A DNA stretch of 57,133 nucleotides from Sphingobacteriales bacterium (GCA_947505035.1 CANNIS010000001.1:1-57133); one strand, 5' to 3'; shown: positions 10,063 to 20,772, counted from the first letter of the stretch. Notes: a model not told the origin generated them from the sequence alone. Translations and numbers: made by a program.

Positions 10063-11039
10063 GTGATATCTTTTGCAGCGAAATAATTTTTATAAACTAT
10101 CGCAGAATCTAAATTACTGAATGCCGCAATTCCACCTCCCATAGGACTAGCAATACCATTACCTTGGATGAAAATCAAATTTTCTATGTTTATTAGTGCG
10201 TTATTATTTAAGTAGTTCGAGGCAAAGTATGTTTTTATTTTAAACGTCTCCGTTTTTTGCTCTTTCACGAAAGAAGTCATGCAGTCAATGTCATCAAATT
10301 TGTATGCTTTCCCATGATTTGTTTTTAGTTCACAAGAAAATCTTGGATCAACAATTGTCATTCTACAAAAATCACAGGGGTCTGAGTTGTATTTTACACT
10401 TACTGGTTCGTCGTTCGAACAACCAGTTATTCCTCCAAAGCAAATGCTTATTAAGATAAGATTTAAAGCTGTGTTTAATTTTTTACTTTTTCGTTCTAAG
10501 TACATTCCAATTAGCATAAATATTCCAGATAAGATAAATAAAACACCTCCAATATCAGGTATTGAGTAGGCACCAAAATTCAATAGTTGTTTAAATCCAA
10601 TTAATGGTGGTTGATAGGCCATGCCAGGAACTATGATTGCTGCTGCTGGATTTAGATTGTGTCCATAATCATATTCCCATCTCCAAAAATCAACCATAGC
10701 GATAATTCCAAATGCTACAAATGCAAAAAATAGGATAGGTAACATTTTTTTACTTTTTGTTAAGGCAATTACAATTGAAAATATGGAAAAGAATAAAATA
10801 ATATATGGTAAAACAGTAAATTCAATAAAATCATTTTCGTGTAGGGTTTTCATACCTATGTAATGATTTAAGCCATTAATAATATCAACTGCACCAGCTA
10901 ATTTATTTGAGTAGATAAGCAAACGCAAGCCTTCAGGATATTGTGGCGCATCTAAATCTATTCTCCAAATTGGAACAAATATCGAAACGAATAAAAATAT
11001 TGCTGAAAGTATTAAAAGTATTTGAGTAATTTTTTTCAT
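10035..11039 (-). CDS. nosL: Fusion ORF: N-terminal 4-TM membrane domain (NosB-like position) plus an internal lipoprotein signal and a NosL copper-chaperone domain
   Basis: Residues 1-178 contain 4 TM helices. Residues 179-207 (MYLERKSKKLNTALNLILISICFGGITGC) form a complete lipoprotein signal. Residues 208-334 carry the NosL-like CDFCRM...KFDDIDCM motif. An alternative independent NosL start is the ATG at 10505. Confidence 0.75.
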   Translation of the reverse strand: MKKITQILLILSAIFLFVSIFVPIWRIDLDAPQYPEGLRLLIYSNKLAGAVDIINGLNHYIGMKTLHENDFIEFTVLPYIILFFSIFSIVIALTKSKKMLPILFFAFVAFGIIAMVDFWRWEYDYGHNLNPAAAIIVPGMAYQPPLIGFKQLLNFGAYSIPDIGGVLFILSGIFMLIGMYLERKSKKLNTALNLILISICFGGITGCSNDEPVSVKYNSDPCDFCRMTIVDPRFSCELKTNHGKAYKFDDIDCMTSFVKEQKTETFKIKTYFASNYLNNNALINIENLIFIQGNGIASPMGGGIAAFSNLDSAIVYKNYFAAKDITWEELLSKK

Positions 11040-11049
11040 GATAATGAAA

Positions 11050-11083
11050 ATAAAAAAGAGGGAGTATGTTGAATACTCCCTCG
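11050..11083 (-). terminator. Intra-operon hairpin (partial terminator or RNA-processing/stability element) between nosZ and nosB/L
   Basis: A 10-bp GC-containing stem GAGGGAGTAT/ATACTCCCTC with a 5-nt loop, followed by TTTTTTATTTT on the minus strand, 8 nt after the nosZ stop. Confidence 0.55.
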
Positions 11084-11090
11084 GAAAATG

Positions 11091-13073
11091 TTATTTTACT
11101 TTTGAATTGGAAGTGGTATTTCCTAAACTATAAGTTAATGGAACTGAACTTCTTTTTGGTGAAACTCTAACGTATCCTTGCATTTCTTGATGTAAGGCGC
11201 TACAAAAATCTGTACAGTACATTGGAAACATTCCCACTCTATCTGGCGTCCATTTTAGCGTTGAAGTTTCTCCTGGCATAATTAAAAGTTCTGCGTTATT
11301 TGCTCCTTTAATTGCAAAACCATGAGGTACATCCCAATCTTGTTCAAGGTTAGTAACATGGAAGTATACTTCATCACCCATTTTAATTCCTTCAATATTA
11401 TCTGGTGAGAAATGGGAACGAATGGAGGTCATGTATACATGCACTTTATTTCCATCCCTTACAACTTTAGATTCCTTTTCGCCCTTTGCTACATACTTAT
11501 GTTTGTTATCATCAATTTTAAAAATCTTAGTTTGATTTTTTGAGATCAAATCCGCTGGTACAGCTTGTGCATAATGTGGTTCGCCAATTGTTGGGAAGTC
11601 TAATATTAACTGCATCTTATCACCCGAGATATCAAATAATTGTGCACTTTGAGCCAATTCTGGTCCAGTTGGTAAGTAACGATCTTTTGTAATTTTATTA
11701 TAAGCAATTAAATATTTAGCCGATGGTTTCTTACTATCTCCACCTGGTATACAAATGTGACCTACAGAATAGAAAGTAGATGCTCTATCTAATACTTTTA
11801 AATCTTTTATATTCCATTTTACCACTTCCGACGAAACAAAGAAAGAAGTATATGCATTTCCTTTTCCATCAAATTCAGTATGTAATGGACCTAATCCTGG
11901 TTTTTTAACTTCTCCATATAAAGCCGCTTCATATTTAATTACTGGAATTCCATCATAGGCTCCATCAAAAGATTTATTAGCGATGGCCGATTGGATTTTA
12001 TCAAAGCTAAATACTGGAATAATTGCTGCAAGCTTTCCACTACCTACGATAAATTCACCGGTTGGATCTACGTCGCAACCATGCGGTGATTTAGGACATG
12101 GAATCATGTAACAAATATCTTTTAATTCTTTAGCATCTAAAACCAATACGGTATTTATAATTTCAGAAGTGGCGGTATGTGTTGATTCATTATAAGTATT
12201 ATGAGCATACTTAACCGATTCAGTTTTACCCTTACCAGCTTTGATATATTCTTCTGCTTTTTTCCAATTTACCGCCATGATAAAGTCTTTGTCTTTTTGA
12301 GATGCATTTACTTCTAATAAAGTATTTGCTTGCTCGGTATTATAACAAGAGAAGAAAAACCATCCATGTGATTTGCCTTTACCCGCGTGACTTAGATCGA
12401 AGTTTACCCCAGGGCAACGAATTTGAAATGATAAATTCATTTTACCTGTTACTTTATCTACACCAATGAAGCTTAAATGTCCTTTGAAATTTTCTTTATA
12501 AGAATTAATTGGAACATCTCCATTTGAGTTATCTCCTGGTACACTGAATCTTGTTCCTGCAACAACATATTCTGTATTTTCAGTTATGAATGGAGAAGAA
12601 TGGTTTCCTGCACTATTTGGCAACTCGATTATTTCAGCTGTTCTAAAAGATTTTAAATCTATACGAGCAACTCGAGGTGTGTTATTAGCATTTCCAAATA
12701 CCCAACGACCATCAATTTCTCCATTTGTTTGAGAAAGTTCTGTATGATGTAAATCGTCCCAAGGCACCATGCCATGTGATGTATTTAACATTGGTTTTGT
12801 TTCTTCTGAATAACCCCAACTCTTTTCTGGATCAACAGAAAATACGGGAATAACTCTGAGTAAACGACCACTAGGAAGGCCATATACACTCATCTGGCCA
12901 CTAAACCCACCACTTACAAAGTTGTAATAGGTATCGTATTTTCCTGGGGCTACATACGATTTCTCAGCAGCATCGCCCGATACTGCATTGCTTGCATTTT
13001 TAGGTTTACAAGCGTTTAATATAACCATTGAACTTATCGCAAGTGCAATAGTTAGGATCGATTTTGTTTTCAT
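11091..13073 (-). CDS. nosZ: Nitrous-oxide reductase NosZ, clade II (Sec/lipoprotein-type signal)
   Basis: 660 aa. C-terminal CuA motif CTDFCSALHQEM, propeller region with conserved His (DLHH, GNHS, EPHY). The N-terminus MKTKSILTIALAISSMVILNAC has no twin-arginine motif. Confidence 0.95.
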   Translation of the reverse strand: MKTKSILTIALAISSMVILNACKPKNASNAVSGDAAEKSYVAPGKYDTYYNFVSGGFSGQMSVYGLPSGRLLRVIPVFSVDPEKSWGYSEETKPMLNTSHGMVPWDDLHHTELSQTNGEIDGRWVFGNANNTPRVARIDLKSFRTAEIIELPNSAGNHSSPFITENTEYVVAGTRFSVPGDNSNGDVPINSYKENFKGHLSFIGVDKVTGKMNLSFQIRCPGVNFDLSHAGKGKSHGWFFFSCYNTEQANTLLEVNASQKDKDFIMAVNWKKAEEYIKAGKGKTESVKYAHNTYNESTHTATSEIINTVLVLDAKELKDICYMIPCPKSPHGCDVDPTGEFIVGSGKLAAIIPVFSFDKIQSAIANKSFDGAYDGIPVIKYEAALYGEVKKPGLGPLHTEFDGKGNAYTSFFVSSEVVKWNIKDLKVLDRASTFYSVGHICIPGGDSKKPSAKYLIAYNKITKDRYLPTGPELAQSAQLFDISGDKMQLILDFPTIGEPHYAQAVPADLISKNQTKIFKIDDNKHKYVAKGEKESKVVRDGNKVHVYMTSIRSHFSPDNIEGIKMGDEVYFHVTNLEQDWDVPHGFAIKGANNAELLIMPGETSTLKWTPDRVGMFPMYCTDFCSALHQEMQGYVRVSPKRSSVPLTYSLGNTTSNSKVK

Positions 13074-13090
13074 ATATTCTTAATTATAGA

Positions 13091-13567
13091 TTATTTTACT
13101 CCGTCAATTTTTCTCATGAATTCTAGTATGTGTCTTGCCTCATCATCTGTTAATCCTTGATTCGGCATTCTCACTAAACAGATCTCTAATTGAGCTTGTA
13201 CTTCTGGGTCTTTATCGATCATTGGATCTGGGTTTGTAATAAAGTTCATGATCCATTGTGGTTGCCTGCGAGTAGTTACTCCATTCCAACCTGGCCCAAC
13301 TAGCTTTTCGGCTGTAGTTTTATGGCATGAAGAACATTTTACACCATACACTGCTTCACCATCGGTTGCCATGTTTTGGTCTAATGTTGCTGACAATGCT
13401 ACATTTGAAAATTTACCTTCCCCACGTTTTGGATCATAATCAGAAACTTCTTTGTTTTCTGTTGACTCGTTGTTTGATTCGTTTTCTGTGGCTTCAGTTT
13501 GTTTATTGCTTCCTCCACAAGAAGCAAGTACTAGGCACATCGCTAATAGCATGAATAATTTTCTCAT
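13091..13567 (-). CDS. Monoheme c-type cytochrome lipoprotein, probable electron donor to NosZ
   Basis: Single CSSCH heme motif with a distal Met (VRMPNQG) and lipoprotein signal LVLASCGG; 17 nt upstream of nosZ. Confidence 0.8.
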   Translation of the reverse strand: MRKLFMLLAMCLVLASCGGSNKQTEATENESNNESTENKEVSDYDPKRGEGKFSNVALSATLDQNMATDGEAVYGVKCSSCHKTTAEKLVGPGWNGVTTRRQPQWIMNFITNPDPMIDKDPEVQAQLEICLVRMPNQGLTDDEARHILEFMRKIDGVK

Positions 13568-13699
13568 AATTTGTTATTTTTTTAAATAATTAATAGTCCA
13601 TCATTCTATTTACATATTAACCATCATAGAATGGATTCTCATATCGAGTATAAAACTACATCTGTAACAATCGTGATTTTATGATATAAATCACCTACT

Positions 13700-13719
13700 A
13701 ACATGATTAATATCATGTT
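13700..13719. promoter_or_regulatory. FNR/CRP-like palindrome AACATGAT-TAAT-ATCATGTT upstream of the nos operon
   Basis: Perfect 8-bp arms with a 4-nt spacer. The core TGAT-N4-ATCA matches the FNR-family half-site geometry. It lies 133-152 nt upstream of the cytochrome c ATG. Confidence 0.35.
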
Positions 13720-13801
13720 AGGTCTCAAAGGCGAGATAAAAAGGATTTGGAGGGTTTTGAAGCGGGAAGTTGAGCAATCGGCTATCCTTTTTTTTGTGTT
13801 A

Positions 13802-13832
13802 AAAACAAAAAAAGCCTCACGAAGGTGAAGCT
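13802..13832 (-). terminator. Rho-independent terminator after tRNA-Glu
   Basis: On the minus strand: AAGCTTCAC-CTTC-GTGAGGCTT followed by TTTTTGTTTT. Confidence 0.55.
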
Positions 13833-13837
13833 TTTGT

Positions 13838-13911
13838 TTGGTAGCCCGTAGGGGAATCGAACCCCTGTTTGAAGAATGAAAATCTCCTGTCCTAACCCCT
13901 AGACGAACGGG
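13838..13911 (-). tRNA. tRNA-Glu (anticodon UUC), CCA encoded
   Basis: Reverse complement GCCCGTTCGTCTAGGGGTTAGGACAGGAGATTTTCATTCTTCAAACAGGGGTTCGATTCCCCTACGGGCTACCA folds as a cloverleaf with anticodon loop TTTTCAT and T-loop GTTCGATTC. Confidence 0.9.
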
Positions 13912-14037
13912 CCATTTGTTAGAATGGAATGCAAAAATAGACTTTTGAATCAGTCAAACAAAATTTATTTGAAAAAAAAGCCGAATGCCTCAGTTCCACT
14001 ATTTTACCTCCTCATTCTTTATTTGTATTTTTGAAGT

Positions 14038-15045
14038 ATGAAAAATACCATAAGGGTTGCAATTAATGGTTTTGGCCGCATTGGCCGCATTACCTTAAGA
14101 AGATTGTTGACAAATCCACATATTCATGTGGTTGCCATTAACGATTTGGCAGATGCCGCAACTTTGGCTCATTTATTAAAATACGACTCTATTCATCGGG
14201 GCTTAGTAGCCGATATCAAGGCCGATGGCAATAATTTGTGCATCAACGAACTTGTGATACCTTGTTTTGCCTTTAAAGAGCCAGAAAATCTACCTTGGAA
14301 GGAATTAGCAGTAGATGTTGTGATAGAATCGACGGGTAAATTTTTAACAAGCGAATTAGCGGCTAAACATTTACAAGCTGGAGCAGCGCGCGTAATACTT
14401 TCGGCACCAGCAGCAGATAAGCATATTCCTACTATCGTTTTAGGCGTGAACGATGCGCAGATAGACTGGACTGCAAAAATAATTTCGAATGCTTCTTGTA
14501 CCACTAATAATGTGGCGCCGATGGTGAAAATATTAGACGAGCTGGGTGGAATTGAAGACGGTTATATTACCACAGTACATTCTTATACCAGCGATCAAAA
14601 CTTACACGATGCACCACATCGTGATTTACGCAGGGCAAGAGCTGCCGCAGTATCAATGATACCTACTAGCACTGGTGCAGCAAAAGCCATTACTTCTATC
14701 TTCCCTCATTTAACAGGTAAGTTAGGCGGTGCCGGCATTAGGGTTCCGGTGCCAAATGGATCTTTAACAGATTTTACCTGCATCTTAAAAAAGCAAGTTA
14801 CCGTTGCACAAATCAACGAAGCTTTTTTACATGCATCCCATAATACTTTAAATGGAATCTTACAATATACTTCTGATCCTATTGTTTCTATTGATATTCA
14901 AGAAAATACACATTCTTGTGTATTTGATTCCGAATTAACTTCGGTGGTTGGCCGTTTAGTAAAAGTAGTAGGATGGTACGATAACGAATGGGCTTACTCG
15001 AGTCGAATTGCAGATGTTGTAGAACGCATCAGGTTAATCGACTAA
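14038..15045 (+). CDS. gap: Glyceraldehyde-3-phosphate dehydrogenase, paralog 1 (operonic with pgk)
   Basis: INGFGRIGR, active site [17 protein letters not shown]. 25 nt upstream of pgk. Confidence 0.9.
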   Translation: MKNTIRVAINGFGRIGRITLRRLLTNPHIHVVAINDLADAATLAHLLKYDSIHRGLVADIKADGNNLCINELVIPCFAFKEPENLPWKELAVDVVIESTGKFLTSELAAKHLQAGAARVILSAPAADKHIPTIVLGVNDAQIDWTAKIISNASCTTNNVAPMVKILDELGGIEDGYITTVHSYTSDQNLHDAPHRDLRRARAAAVSMIPTSTGAAKAITSIFPHLTGKLGGAGIRVPVPNGSLTDFTCILKKQVTVAQINEAFLHASHNTLNGILQYTSDPIVSIDIQENTHSCVFDSELTSVVGRLVKVVGWYDNEWAYSSRIADVVERIRLID

Positions 15046-15070
15046 TTTTTTATTTTTTCAATTTTTATTT

Positions 15071-16267
15071 ATGTCATTTCCAACAATCGATCAATTTAAT
15101 TTTAATCAAAAGCGTGCATTAATTCGGGTAGACTTTAATGTTCCGCTTAATGCAGATTTTGAAATTACCGATGATACCCGCATGCGTGCTGCCATTCCAA
15201 CCATTCAGAAAATTTTAAATGATGGTGGATCGATTGTTTTAATGTCGCATTTAGGTAGACCAAAAGAAGGACCTACGCAAAAATATTCGTTGGTGCATTT
15301 AGTAAATCACTTAGCCGAAATTACCCAAGCTACTGTAAAATTTGCAGATGATTGTATTGGAGCAAATGCCAATCAATTAGCGCAGCATTTACAAGCTGGC
15401 GAAATTTTATTATTAGAAAATTTAAGATTTTATAAAGAAGAAGAAAAAGGTGATGTAGCATTTGCTAAAAAATTAGCTGCATTAGGCGATGTATATGTGA
15501 ATGATGCATTTGGTACCGCGCATAGAGCGCATGCATCTACTACCATTGTTGCGCAATTTTTTCCAGCACATAAAATGTTTGGTTATGTAATGGCTAGCGA
15601 ACTAGCCAATGCCGAGAAAGTTTTAAATGCAGCGGTAAAGCCCTACACAGCCATTATGGGTGGTGCAAAAGTTTCGGATAAAATTTTATTAATTGAAAAA
15701 TTAATTGACCGGGTAGATCATTTAATTATTGGCGGAGGAATGGCCTATACATTTGCCAAAGCATTAGGAGGAAATATCGGTTCGTCTTTAGTAGAAGAAG
15801 ATAAAATTCCTTTGGCACTTTCTTTAATTCAACAAGCAAAAGATAAAGGCGTGAATTTATGTTTACCCATAGATTCTATTATTGCAGATGCTTTTAGTAA
15901 CGATGCAAATATTTCGATGGCTATGAATAATGCCATTCCTGATGGTTGGATGGGATTAGATATTGGCGAAAAAAGTATTCATGTGATGGAAGAAATATTA
16001 GCGCAATCAAAAACAATTTTATGGAATGGTCCGATGGGTGTTTTTGAAATGAGTAATTTTGAAGCAGGCACCAAAGCAGTTGCAATAGCCGTAGTTAAAG
16101 CAACACAGGCGGGTGCGTTTTCTTTAATAGGGGGAGGAGATTCTGCAGCAGCGGTTGCTAAATTTAATTTATCTGATCAAGTGTCCTATGTATCAACCGG
16201 TGGCGGCGCATTGTTAGAATATATGGAAGGAAAAGTATTGCCAGGTGTTGCGGCCATACTTTCCTAA
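15071..16267 (+). CDS. pgk: Phosphoglycerate kinase
   Basis: 398 aa. [24 protein letters not shown] and full-length PGK-like sequence. Confidence 0.95.
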   Translation: MSFPTIDQFNFNQKRALIRVDFNVPLNADFEITDDTRMRAAIPTIQKILNDGGSIVLMSHLGRPKEGPTQKYSLVHLVNHLAEITQATVKFADDCIGANANQLAQHLQAGEILLLENLRFYKEEEKGDVAFAKKLAALGDVYVNDAFGTAHRAHASTTIVAQFFPAHKMFGYVMASELANAEKVLNAAVKPYTAIMGGAKVSDKILLIEKLIDRVDHLIIGGGMAYTFAKALGGNIGSSLVEEDKIPLALSLIQQAKDKGVNLCLPIDSIIADAFSNDANISMAMNNAIPDGWMGLDIGEKSIHVMEEILAQSKTILWNGPMGVFEMSNFEAGTKAVAIAVVKATQAGAFSLIGGGDSAAAVAKFNLSDQVSYVSTGGGALLEYMEGKVLPGVAAILS

Positions 16268-16274
16268 TGCCAAT

Positions 16275-17339
<1,065 letters not shown>

Positions 17340-17391
17340 TTAAAAAATTAATTTTATCCCCTTTTTAGAGCTAAATAGCTGTTTTAGAAGC

Positions 17392-18459
17392 TTATAATTG
17401 GTACGAAAAAGCGTTGATATTCATGCCAGCACCCACCGATGCAAACAAAACCTTTTGGCCAGCCTTTACTTCATGACCCGCTAATTTGCCTTGTAAAACC
17501 ATATCGTATAAAGTTGGAACCGTTGCGACAGAACTGTTGCCAAGTAATTGTATACTCATGGGCATAATATTTTCTGGCGTGGTTTTATCGTATAGTTTAT
17601 AGAATCGATTGATAATGGCTTCGTCCATTTTTTCGTTCGCTTGATGCAAAAAAACTTTCGCTAATTCATCAATCGAAATATGCGCTTTGTCTAAACAAAC
17701 CTGCATGGCTTTTGGAACATTAGTCAATGCAAATTCATAAATTTTTCGACCATCCATTTTGATATAATTATTCTCTGGTAAAAAATCTTTTTGATTAGAA
17801 CATCCGTAATATAAATAGAAGGCTTCTTGTTCGGTAAATGTTTGAGAAGCTACACTGAGTATGCCGCGTTTAGTTTCGGATTCTTCGGTTTCTACCATTG
17901 CAGCACCTGCACCATCTGCATAAATCATTTGGTCTCTATCGTGCGGATCAACAACCCTAGATAGGGTTTCGGCGCCAATCACCAAAACTCTTTTTGCATC
18001 GCCACTGAGTAATGCCTGTCTTGCTACAATTACCCCTTGTATCCAACCAGGGCAGCCTGCTAATAAATCATAGGCATTGCAATTATTGTTTTTAATACCC
18101 AATGCATGTTTCACTCTCGAAGCTAAACTGGGTAAAACATCGGACTGTACTTTTTCAAAAGCAACATCACCAAAATTATGTGCGTAAATAATTGTGTCGA
18201 TACTTTCTTTATCACATCCTGCATCGGCAATGGCACGTTGCGCAGCAATAAGAGCAAGGTCGGAAGATACTTGATTGGGCTCGGCATATCTTCGTTCTTC
18301 AATACCAGTTATGGCATTAAATTTTCGAATAATAGTTTCGTTATCAAGTGTTATTTTTTCTCCATTTACTTCATAAAAAGAGGTCTGAAGAAAGTCTTTA
18401 TTTTGGACAGTTTGCGTTGGAATATAACTTCCAATACCACTCAAAATTACATTGGTCAT
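17392..18459 (-). CDS. 3-oxoacyl-ACP synthase III (FabH-like) family protein
   Basis: Thiolase-fold KAS III with Cys (LLAGCPGW), His (LHQAN) and Asn (GNSSVATV). The start is set at the ATG at 18459; the track start at 18489 is TTG. Confidence 0.8.
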   Translation of the reverse strand: MTNVILSGIGSYIPTQTVQNKDFLQTSFYEVNGEKITLDNETIIRKFNAITGIEERRYAEPNQVSSDLALIAAQRAIADAGCDKESIDTIIYAHNFGDVAFEKVQSDVLPSLASRVKHALGIKNNNCNAYDLLAGCPGWIQGVIVARQALLSGDAKRVLVIGAETLSRVVDPHDRDQMIYADGAGAAMVETEESETKRGILSVASQTFTEQEAFYLYYGCSNQKDFLPENNYIKMDGRKIYEFALTNVPKAMQVCLDKAHISIDELAKVFLHQANEKMDEAIINRFYKLYDKTTPENIMPMSIQLLGNSSVATVPTLYDMVLQGKLAGHEVKAGQKVLFASVGAGMNINAFSYQL

Positions 18460-18532
18460 GTTGCTATTTTTTAATAAGCCTTTAACCAAATATAAATATT
18501 AGTGTATAAAATACAATAAAAAGAAATTCCTT

Positions 18533-19522
18533 TTAATTATTGATGGTTTTCCATAACTCATCTTTTAGGGCTGTGATGCCTTGCTGCGTAATGGATGAAA
18601 AGAATTGTACTGGAATTTTTGGAAGGTCTTTCTTGATCTCGTCTATGAGTTCTTGGTCTAATAAATCGGCTTTAGAAATACCCAACATGCGGGGTTTGTC
18701 TAATAATTCTGGATTGTATTGTTTTAATTCGTTCAACAATATTTTATACTCTTCGTGAATGTCTTTGCTATCGGCTGGAACTAAAAATAATAAAACACTG
18801 TTTCTTTCGATGTGTCTTAAAAAACGAATACCTAAGCCTTTACCTTGCGAAGCACCTTCAATAATTCCAGGAATATCTGCCATCACAAAAGAACGACTAT
18901 CTCTGTGCGCTACAATTCCTAAATTAGGTACTAAGGTAGTAAATGGATAATCTGCAATTTCTGGTTTGGCAGCACTCACCGCAGCAAGTAAGGTAGATTT
19001 ACCTGCATTAGGAAATCCAACCAATCCAACATCTGCTAATAATTTTAATTCTAAAATTTTCCAAGATTCTTGACCTGGTTCGCCAGGTTGCGCATATCGT
19101 GGAGTTTGGTTTGTTGGGGTTTTGAAATGCCAGTTTCCTAAACCACCTCGACCACCTGGAACTAAAATAACTTCTTGTCCTTCTTCGGTAATTTCAAAAT
19201 GTACTTCGCCTGTTTCGGCATCTTTGGCAATCGTACCAAGTGGCACATCTAGTATTTCATCTTTACCACGCTTACCGCTTCGGCAATCACCTTCGCCGTA
19301 AGCGCCATTTTCGGCAATTACATGTTTGCGGTATTTTAAATGAAGTAAAGTCCAAAATTGCGTATTACCTCGTAATATAATATGTCCGCCTCTACCACCA
19401 TCACCACCATCTGGTCCACCTTTAGCCGTTTTTTTGTCACGGTGTAAACTGAACGATCCAGCACCTCCGGCCCCAGTACGACAACAAATTTTTACGTAGT
19501 CAACGAAATTGGAACCTGCCAT
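18533..19522 (-). CDS. obg: GTPase Obg/CgtA
   Basis: N-terminal Gly-rich Obg fold (GGDGGRGG), G1 [10 protein letters not shown]3 DIPG, G4 SKAD. Confidence 0.95.
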   Translation of the reverse strand: MAGSNFVDYVKICCRTGAGGAGSFSLHRDKKTAKGGPDGGDGGRGGHIILRGNTQFWTLLHLKYRKHVIAENGAYGEGDCRSGKRGKDEILDVPLGTIAKDAETGEVHFEITEEGQEVILVPGGRGGLGNWHFKTPTNQTPRYAQPGEPGQESWKILELKLLADVGLVGFPNAGKSTLLAAVSAAKPEIADYPFTTLVPNLGIVAHRDSRSFVMADIPGIIEGASQGKGLGIRFLRHIERNSVLLFLVPADSKDIHEEYKILLNELKQYNPELLDKPRMLGISKADLLDQELIDEIKKDLPKIPVQFFSSITQQGITALKDELWKTINN

Positions 19523-19528
19523 TTTATA

Positions 19529-20104
19529 TTATTTATTACTGTCTATTGTAAGACAGATTTGGGTGAAAATATCTGCAATAGAACCAATCCCATTGATCGA
19601 TTTCAATTTATTTTGTGTTTCGTAGAACGAAGCAACAGCAGCTGTTTTGCTGTTGTACTCTTCAATTCTTTTTTCAATAATAGCAGGATTGGCATCGTCT
19701 GCACGGCCAGAATCTTTACCTCTTAAAAGTAAACGGCTTTTTAATTCTTCGTCGGCTACGACTAAAGAAATCATCATCGAAATAGCACTATTTTTACTTG
19801 CTAACAAGGTATCTAAAGCAGTTGCTTGTGCTACTGTTCTTGGAAATCCATCGAATATAAAACCATTTGTATCTTTATTGGCATCCAATTTATTGCTGAT
19901 CATACCAATCACCACCTCGTCTGGAACCAATATGCCTTGGTCCATCAGCTTTTTGGCTTCTAAACCCAAAGCGGTGCCCGCTGTGATTTCTGCTCTTAAA
20001 ATATCGCCTGTTGAAAGGTGAACAAGTGCGTATTTAGCAATTAATTTTTCAGATTGTGTGCCTTTGCCAGCACCTGGAGGGCCAAAAAGTACAATATTTA
20101 GCAT
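19529..20104 (-). CDS. adk: Adenylate kinase
   Basis: MLNIVLFGPPGAGKGTQ P-loop and LSTGDILR. The start is set at the ATG at 20104 rather than the upstream track start. Confidence 0.95.
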   Translation of the reverse strand: MLNIVLFGPPGAGKGTQSEKLIAKYALVHLSTGDILRAEITAGTALGLEAKKLMDQGILVPDEVVIGMISNKLDANKDTNGFIFDGFPRTVAQATALDTLLASKNSAISMMISLVVADEELKSRLLLRGKDSGRADDANPAIIEKRIEEYNSKTAAVASFYETQNKLKSINGIGSIADIFTQICLTIDSNK

Positions 20105-20151
20105 AAATTCAATTTTAATCTTAGCCTTCAAAGGTAAGAAAAAAAAGGAAT

Positions 20152-20772
20152 CTATAGAAAGTTCACGCTTCCTGTATCTACATTGTAGATCGCACCAACA
20201 ATTTTAATCGCTCCTGTATTTTCTAAATCTAGAATAATTGGACTTTCGCGTCTAATTCTTTCGATGGTATGAATGACATTATTGGTTGTTACATTGTCTA
20301 CAAAACGCACATTGCTACCCGTTCTGTTTTCAGTTGTATCTTTTTCGAGTGCAATGGCGGGCTTTACTTTGTGCAGTAAGGCCGTTAAATTTCCTAATTC
20401 TACATTGTTACATGCACCTACAATGGCCCCACATTTGGTATGGCCTAACACGATGATGATTTTTGTACCCACTACTTTGGTCGCAAATTCCATACTACCT
20501 AAAATATCTTCGTTTAAAATATTACCTGCAATGCGAATACTAAAAACATCGCCTAAGCCTTGGTCAAAAATTAATTCGGCAGAAGTTCTAGAATCTATGC
20601 AACTTAAAATGGTAGCAAATGGAAATTGTCCTTGTGCGGTTTCGTTTACTTGCTGTAATAAATTTCTATTAGCTTTTAAATTTTTTACAAAACGATCGTT
20701 GCCTTCTTTTAAAATTTCCAAAGCTAAGTCTGGATTTAATTCTGATTGTGTTTCTTTTGAATGTGTTCTCAT
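20152..20772 (-). CDS. Beta-class carbonic anhydrase
   Basis: Zn ligand motifs CIDSR and HTKCGA. Confidence 0.9.
   Translation of the reverse strand: MRTHSKETQSELNPDLALEILKEGNDRFVKNLKANRNLLQQVNETAQGQFPFATILSCIDSRTSAELIFDQGLGDVFSIRIAGNILNEDILGSMEFATKVVGTKIIIVLGHTKCGAIVGACNNVELGNLTALLHKVKPAIALEKDTTENRTGSNVRFVDNVTTNNVIHTIERIRRESPIILDLENTGAIKIVGAIYNVDTGSVNFL

Noticed and set aside
13739-13790. AAAAGGAT...ATCCTTTT pairing enclosing a relatively GC-rich 36-nt stretch between the nos promoter and the tRNA-Glu terminator (possible sRNA or second terminator)
   Set aside because: The loop is too long for an intrinsic terminator and I saw no promoter motif. I cannot support an RNA gene without expression or covariation data.
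5100-13911. Possibility that the nos cluster plus the 12-TM/fasciclin pair is a genomic island integrated at the 3' end of tRNA-Glu
   Set aside because: The tRNA 3' end does face the cluster, and nosDFY and the membrane gene look AT-richer in spot counts (22-32% GC against roughly 38-55% in spot counts of nosZ and ftsZ). However, nosZ itself matches the background. Membrane genes are expected to be AT-rich. I found no integrase, no mobility gene and no direct repeat of the tRNA 3' end at the far side. A proper GC-skew or k-mer analysis and comparative synteny would be needed.
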